Below, piece by piece: positions 60,111-64,000 of a stretch of 64,000 nucleotides of DNA (its first letter is position 1; every line of letters begins with the position of its first letter). The notes beneath the pieces are model-generated. The model had not been told where the DNA came from. It was given only the letters and a program-made list of their open reading frames with translations, and did no database searches. The translations under genes and the position numbers were made by a program. The DNA comes from Pseudomonadota bacterium (lineage in GTDB: Bacteria > Pseudomonadota > Alphaproteobacteria > Caulobacterales > Caulobacteraceae): contig JAXHTU010000002.1 of the NCBI GenBank assembly GCA_034189955.1, positions 2,087-66,086 of the forward strand. Direction: 5' to 3'.

Positions 60111-60286
60111 ATCAGATCGGCGCGACTTTGAGGTACTCGACAGGTGCAGCCAGAGACCCCGGCCGCCCGCACCATCGTCGTTTCCACGCCACGGATCGGC
60201 CGCGACGGCCGTCACTTCGGGTTTCGCCGCCGCTATTTCACGGCTCCGCGGTTGCGCCGGACCCCGCGCGTCCGCATCTGGCCTCG

Positions 60287-61543
60287 ATGACCTCCCCCGC
60301 CGCCGTTCCCGCGCCCGCCGTCAAGGGCCCGGCCTTCCCCGAGTTCGTGGCCCTGATCGCCATGATGATGGCGCTCAACGCCCTCGCCATCGACGCCATG
60401 CTGCCGGCCCTGCCGGCCATCGGCGACGCCCTCGGCGTGGTCGAGGAGAACAGCCGCCAGTGGATCATCACCGCCTATCTGCTCGGCTTCGGCGTGGCCC
60501 AGCTGATCTACGGCCCGCTGGCCGATCGCTACGGCCGCAAGCCGGTGCTGATGGCGGGCCTGTCGCTCTATGTCCTGTTCAGCGTCCTGGCCGCCTTCGC
60601 CCCGACCTTCGAGCTGCTGATCGCCGCCCGCGTCGGCACCGGCCTCGGCGCCGCCGCCCTGCGCGTGCTGGCGGTCTCCATCGTGCGCGACCGCTACAGC
60701 GGCCGGACCATGGCCCGGGTCATGTCGCTCAGCTTCCTCGTCTTCCTCGGCATTCCGATCATCGCCCCGACCCTGGGCCAGCTGGTCCTGACCGTCGCCC
60801 CATGGCCGTGGATCTTCGGCGTCCTCGCCCTCGCCGGCGGGGCCTTCATGATCTGGGCCGCCCTGCGCCTGCCCGAGACCCTGCATCCGGAAAACCGCAT
60901 GCCGATCCAGGTCGGCCGCATCGCCTCGGCCTTCCGCGAGGCCGTCACCCACCGCCAGGCCATCGGCTACACCCTGGCCATGACCTGCATCACCGGCGCC
61001 CTGTTCGGCTTCATCAACTCCAGCCAGCAGATCTTCTTCGACGTGTTCGAGGCGCCGCAGCTGTTCACCACCGTCTTCGCCCTCGTCGCCGGCGGCATCG
61101 CCGTGGCCTCCCTGCTCAACGCCCGCCTCGTCGAGCGGCTCGGCTCGCGGCTGATCTCGCACACCGCCCTGCTGGGGTTCATCACCATGGCCGCGATCCA
61201 TTCGGCGGTCGCCCTGTCCGGCCACGAGACGATCTGGACCTTCGCCGTGCTGCAGGGCCTGACCATGTTCTGCTTCGGCCTGATCGCCGGCAATTTCGGC
61301 TCCATGGCGATGGAGCCGATGGGCCATATCGCCGGCACCGCCTCCTCGGCCCAGGGCTTCATCTCGACCACCATCGGCTCGACCCTCGGCTTCCTGATCG
61401 GCCAGCAGTTCAACGGCTCGGTCGCCCCCATGGCCCTCGGCATGGCGGTGATGGGCGTCTCGGCCCTCGGCTTCGTCCTGGTCGCCGAGCGCGGCCGGCT
61501 GTTCAAGGCGCGCCATCTCGAGCCGGCGCCGGTCGAGGTCTGA
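60287..61543 (+). CDS. Bcr/CflA-family multidrug efflux MFS transporter
   Basis: LAIDAMLPALPAI, YGPLADRYGRKPV, SIVRDRY, PTLG, LPETL. Confidence 0.9.
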   Translation: MTSPAAVPAPAVKGPAFPEFVALIAMMMALNALAIDAMLPALPAIGDALGVVEENSRQWIITAYLLGFGVAQLIYGPLADRYGRKPVLMAGLSLYVLFSVLAAFAPTFELLIAARVGTGLGAAALRVLAVSIVRDRYSGRTMARVMSLSFLVFLGIPIIAPTLGQLVLTVAPWPWIFGVLALAGGAFMIWAALRLPETLHPENRMPIQVGRIASAFREAVTHRQAIGYTLAMTCITGALFGFINSSQQIFFDVFEAPQLFTTVFALVAGGIAVASLLNARLVERLGSRLISHTALLGFITMAAIHSAVALSGHETIWTFAVLQGLTMFCFGLIAGNFGSMAMEPMGHIAGTASSAQGFISTTIGSTLGFLIGQQFNGSVAPMALGMAVMGVSALGFVLVAERGRLFKARHLEPAPVEV

Positions 61544-61619
61544 CCGCGGCCGACCGCGGGGGTTGATCTTTCAGGCCGGCCCGGGCGTTGTCCTGCGCAC
61601 ACCCGCAAAGGACGCCCCG

Positions 61620-63566
61620 ATGATCCGCCAGCTCGGCCTCGTATCCGCCCTCGCCCTCGTGACCGCCCTCGGAGGCTGCGCCGCCATGACCGCTACCGGC
61701 TCCGATGCGCCCGTCGCCCTCCCCGCGATCGCCACCGCCCCGGTCGACCATGTCCGCGACATTCATTCGTACGCCCGCCCCGAGGTCGCCCGCGTCGTCC
61801 ACGTCGCCCTCGACCTGACCGCCGACTTCGAGGCGAAGACCCTGTCCGGCTCGGCCGCCCTCGACATCACCGCCGAGCCGGGCGCCGACCACATCATCCT
61901 CGACGTCCGCAATCTCGACATCCGGTCCGTCAGCGACGCCGCCGGAAACCCGCTGCGGTTCGAGACCGGCGCCGCCGATCCGATCATGGGTCAGTCCCTC
62001 ACCGTCCACTTCCCCGCCTTCGCCGCCGGCGAGCGCCGCCGCATCCTCGTCCGCTATTCCACCCGGCCCGACGCCGCCGCCCTGCAGTGGCTGACCCCGG
62101 CCCAGACCGCCGGCGGCGAGCAGCCCTATCTGTTCAGCCAGGGCCAGGCGATCCTGACCCGCACCTGGATCCCCACCCAGGACAGCCCGGGGATCCGCCA
62201 GACCTGGGACGCCCGCATCGTCGCCCCGTCCGACCTCAAGGTGGTGATGAGCGCCGAGGCCGTCGGCGCCCCGGAACCGGCCGGCCCCGGCCTGACCGCC
62301 ACCCGCTTCCGCATGACCAATCCGGTGCCGCCCTATCTGATCGCCATCGGCGTCGGCGACGTCGCCTTCCAGGCCATCGACGAGCGCACCGGCGTCTGGA
62401 CCGAGCCGTCGATGCTGCACGCCGCCCATGACGAACTGGTCCCCACCGCCGAAATGGTCGACGTGGCCGAAGAACTCTACGGCCCCTACCGCTGGGGCCG
62501 CTACGACATCTTGGTCCTGCCGCCGTCCTTCCCGTTCGGCGGCATGGAGAACCCGCGCCTGACCTTCGCCACCCCGACCATCATCGCCGGCGACCGGTCG
62601 CTGGTGTCGCTGGTGGCGCACGAGCTGGCGCACAGCTGGTCCGGCAATCTGGTGACCAACGCCACCTGGGCCGACTTCTGGCTCAACGAGGGTTTCACCG
62701 TCTATTTCGAGAACCGCATCATGGAGGCGGTCGAGGGCCGCGAGCGGGCGCTGATGCTGCAGTCGCTCGGCTGGGGCGGCCTGCAGGACACCCTCGCCAG
62801 CCTGCCGCCGGCCGACACCCGGCTGAAGCTCGACCTCGCTGGCCGCGATCCGGACGAGGGCATGACCGACATCGCCTATGAGAAGGGCGCCGCCTTCCTG
62901 ACCACCATCGAGCGCATCGTCGGCCGCGAGCGGTTCGACGCCTGGCTCAAGGGCTATTTCGAGCGCAACGCCTTCCGGCCGATGACCACCGAACGCTTCC
63001 TCGAGGACATCCGCACCCATCTGGTGACCACAAAGGCGCTCGAGGACCGGCTGATGATGGACGCCTGGATCTACCAGCCCGGCATGCCGTCCAACTGGGT
63101 CCCGCCGGTGTCGGACGCCTTCGTCCCGGTCGACGCCGCCGCCCGCGCCTTCTTCGCCGACAAGGGCCCGGCCTCGGCCATTCCGTGGTCCGGCTGGTCG
63201 ACCCAGGAGCGCCAGCGCTTCCTCGCCTGGCGTCCGGCCGATCTCGCCGAGGGCGCCGACTGGCTGACCCCCGCCCAGCTCGCCGATCTCGAAGCGACCC
63301 TGAAGCTGCGCGAGGAGGGCAACGCCGAACTGGTCCACGCCTGGCTGCAGATCGCGGTCCAGCACCGCTATCAGCCGGCCGTGCCGACGCTGGAGAAATT
63401 CCTCACCACCCAGGGCCGGCGCAAATTCGTCCTGCCCCTGTTCACCAGCCTGTGGGCCGAGGGCGACTGGGGCCGCCCCATCGCCACCCGCCTCTACGCC
63501 CGCGCCCGCCCGGGCTACCACCCGGTCACCACCGGCTCCGTCGACGCCGTGGTGGGACGGCCGTAG
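61620..63566 (+). CDS. M1-family aminopeptidase (leukotriene A4 hydrolase-like), probable lipoprotein
   Basis: Lipobox LGGC; FSQGQAI, FPFGGMENP, VAHELAHSWSGN(x)WLNEG, YEKG. Confidence 0.93.
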   Translation: MIRQLGLVSALALVTALGGCAAMTATGSDAPVALPAIATAPVDHVRDIHSYARPEVARVVHVALDLTADFEAKTLSGSAALDITAEPGADHIILDVRNLDIRSVSDAAGNPLRFETGAADPIMGQSLTVHFPAFAAGERRRILVRYSTRPDAAALQWLTPAQTAGGEQPYLFSQGQAILTRTWIPTQDSPGIRQTWDARIVAPSDLKVVMSAEAVGAPEPAGPGLTATRFRMTNPVPPYLIAIGVGDVAFQAIDERTGVWTEPSMLHAAHDELVPTAEMVDVAEELYGPYRWGRYDILVLPPSFPFGGMENPRLTFATPTIIAGDRSLVSLVAHELAHSWSGNLVTNATWADFWLNEGFTVYFENRIMEAVEGRERALMLQSLGWGGLQDTLASLPPADTRLKLDLAGRDPDEGMTDIAYEKGAAFLTTIERIVGRERFDAWLKGYFERNAFRPMTTERFLEDIRTHLVTTKALEDRLMMDAWIYQPGMPSNWVPPVSDAFVPVDAAARAFFADKGPASAIPWSGWSTQERQRFLAWRPADLAEGADWLTPAQLADLEATLKLREEGNAELVHAWLQIAVQHRYQPAVPTLEKFLTTQGRRKFVLPLFTSLWAEGDWGRPIATRLYARARPGYHPVTTGSVDAVVGRP

Positions 63567-63592
63567 GGCGGCAGGGGCTGCGCCGTCGCCAC

Positions 63593-63787
63593 GCTTCCTT
63601 CTCCCATTGGGAGAAGGTGGCCGGGCGGAGCCCGGTCGGATGTGGGTCGGCTGGTTCCGTCGGCGTGAGCCGCCGCTCCGCTCGGCGACACGGCTTCGCC
63701 GACCCCGACACCCGACCCACACCCTTTCGCGCAACCGATCGCTTCGCTCCCGGGCGCTCAAGCCCTCTCCCAACGGGAGAGGGAAGC
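63593..63787. repeat. CIR-like palindromic element (~195 bp)
   Basis: Terminal hairpins CCTTCTCCC-ATT-GGGAGAAGG and CCCTCTCCC-AAC-GGGAGAGGG; internal GTGGGTCGG/CCGACCCAC; 13-bp terminal inverted repeat with 1 mismatch. Confidence 0.78.
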
Positions 63788-64000
63788 CGCGTGACGCTGT
63801 GCTTACAATCCGCGAATCTATAGTGGACTTATCAAAATATTCCCCGGCACAATCAGCCACATAGCCTTTTCTCGATCCGTTTTGTCTGTCCTAGGGCGGG
63901 GCTCCCTTACAATGCTACCCATCCCGTCGAACGGGGAGGGCGTCGGATCCACGTTCCTCGATGGCGGCGGGCTGTGGTCGAGCGATGAAGCCCGGGCGAT

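Larger units (their letters stand above)
58133..60174. mobile_element. Decayed genomic island integrated at the tRNA-Leu(CAA) 3' end
   Basis: Perfect 20-bp direct repeat GACCCCGGCCGCCCGCACCA at 58133-58152 and 60155-60174; lower GC (spot counts 57-63%); integrase remnant inside the distal repeat. Confidence 0.88.

Noticed and set aside
59364-60215. A single 283-aa gene or a functional integrase
   Set aside because: Only ~50 codons resemble an integrase C-terminus, the nucleophile is Cys, and the ORF start lies outside the att repeat

Overview
High-GC (~70%) alphaproteobacterial chromosome segment, most consistent with Brevundimonas/Caulobacteraceae (inferred from gene content and order, not from a database hit). 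From left to right: (i) the tail of a glycan biosynthesis locus (neuC, NeuD/PglD acetyltransferase, CBS-fused aminosugar aminotransferase, phosphoglycosyl transferase, convergent CapD/PglF dehydratase); (ii) a Wzy-type capsule/EPS export locus (ManC-AGE fusion, CpsB phosphatase, wza, M48/PDZ lipoprotein peptidase, wzc, TPR-like protein, 74-aa membrane-anchored protein, O-antigen ligase-like protein); (iii) an alpha-glucoside locus (GluP-type MFS, GH13, GH97); (iv) housekeeping genes (UDP-glucuronate epimerase, amt, cytochrome c, kdsB, nudC, SRP RNA, dnaX, ybaB, recR, rmuC) with an HWE kinase and nitroreductase inserted between dnaX and ybaB and several palindromic and tandem repeats in the intergenic gaps; (v) an acetate module (acs, DcaP porin, CrbR/CrbS-type two-component system, MFS) with an identical 14-bp near-palindrome upstream of both target units; (vi) transporters and enzymes; (vii) a ~2-kb decayed island at tRNA-Leu(CAA), bounded by a perfect 20-bp direct repeat and carrying an integrase remnant whose catalytic Tyr codon reads Cys; (viii) a Bcr/CflA pump and an M1 aminopeptidase. 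No CRISPR array, rRNA or intact mobile element was seen. All annotations come from motif recognition by eye; no searches were run.
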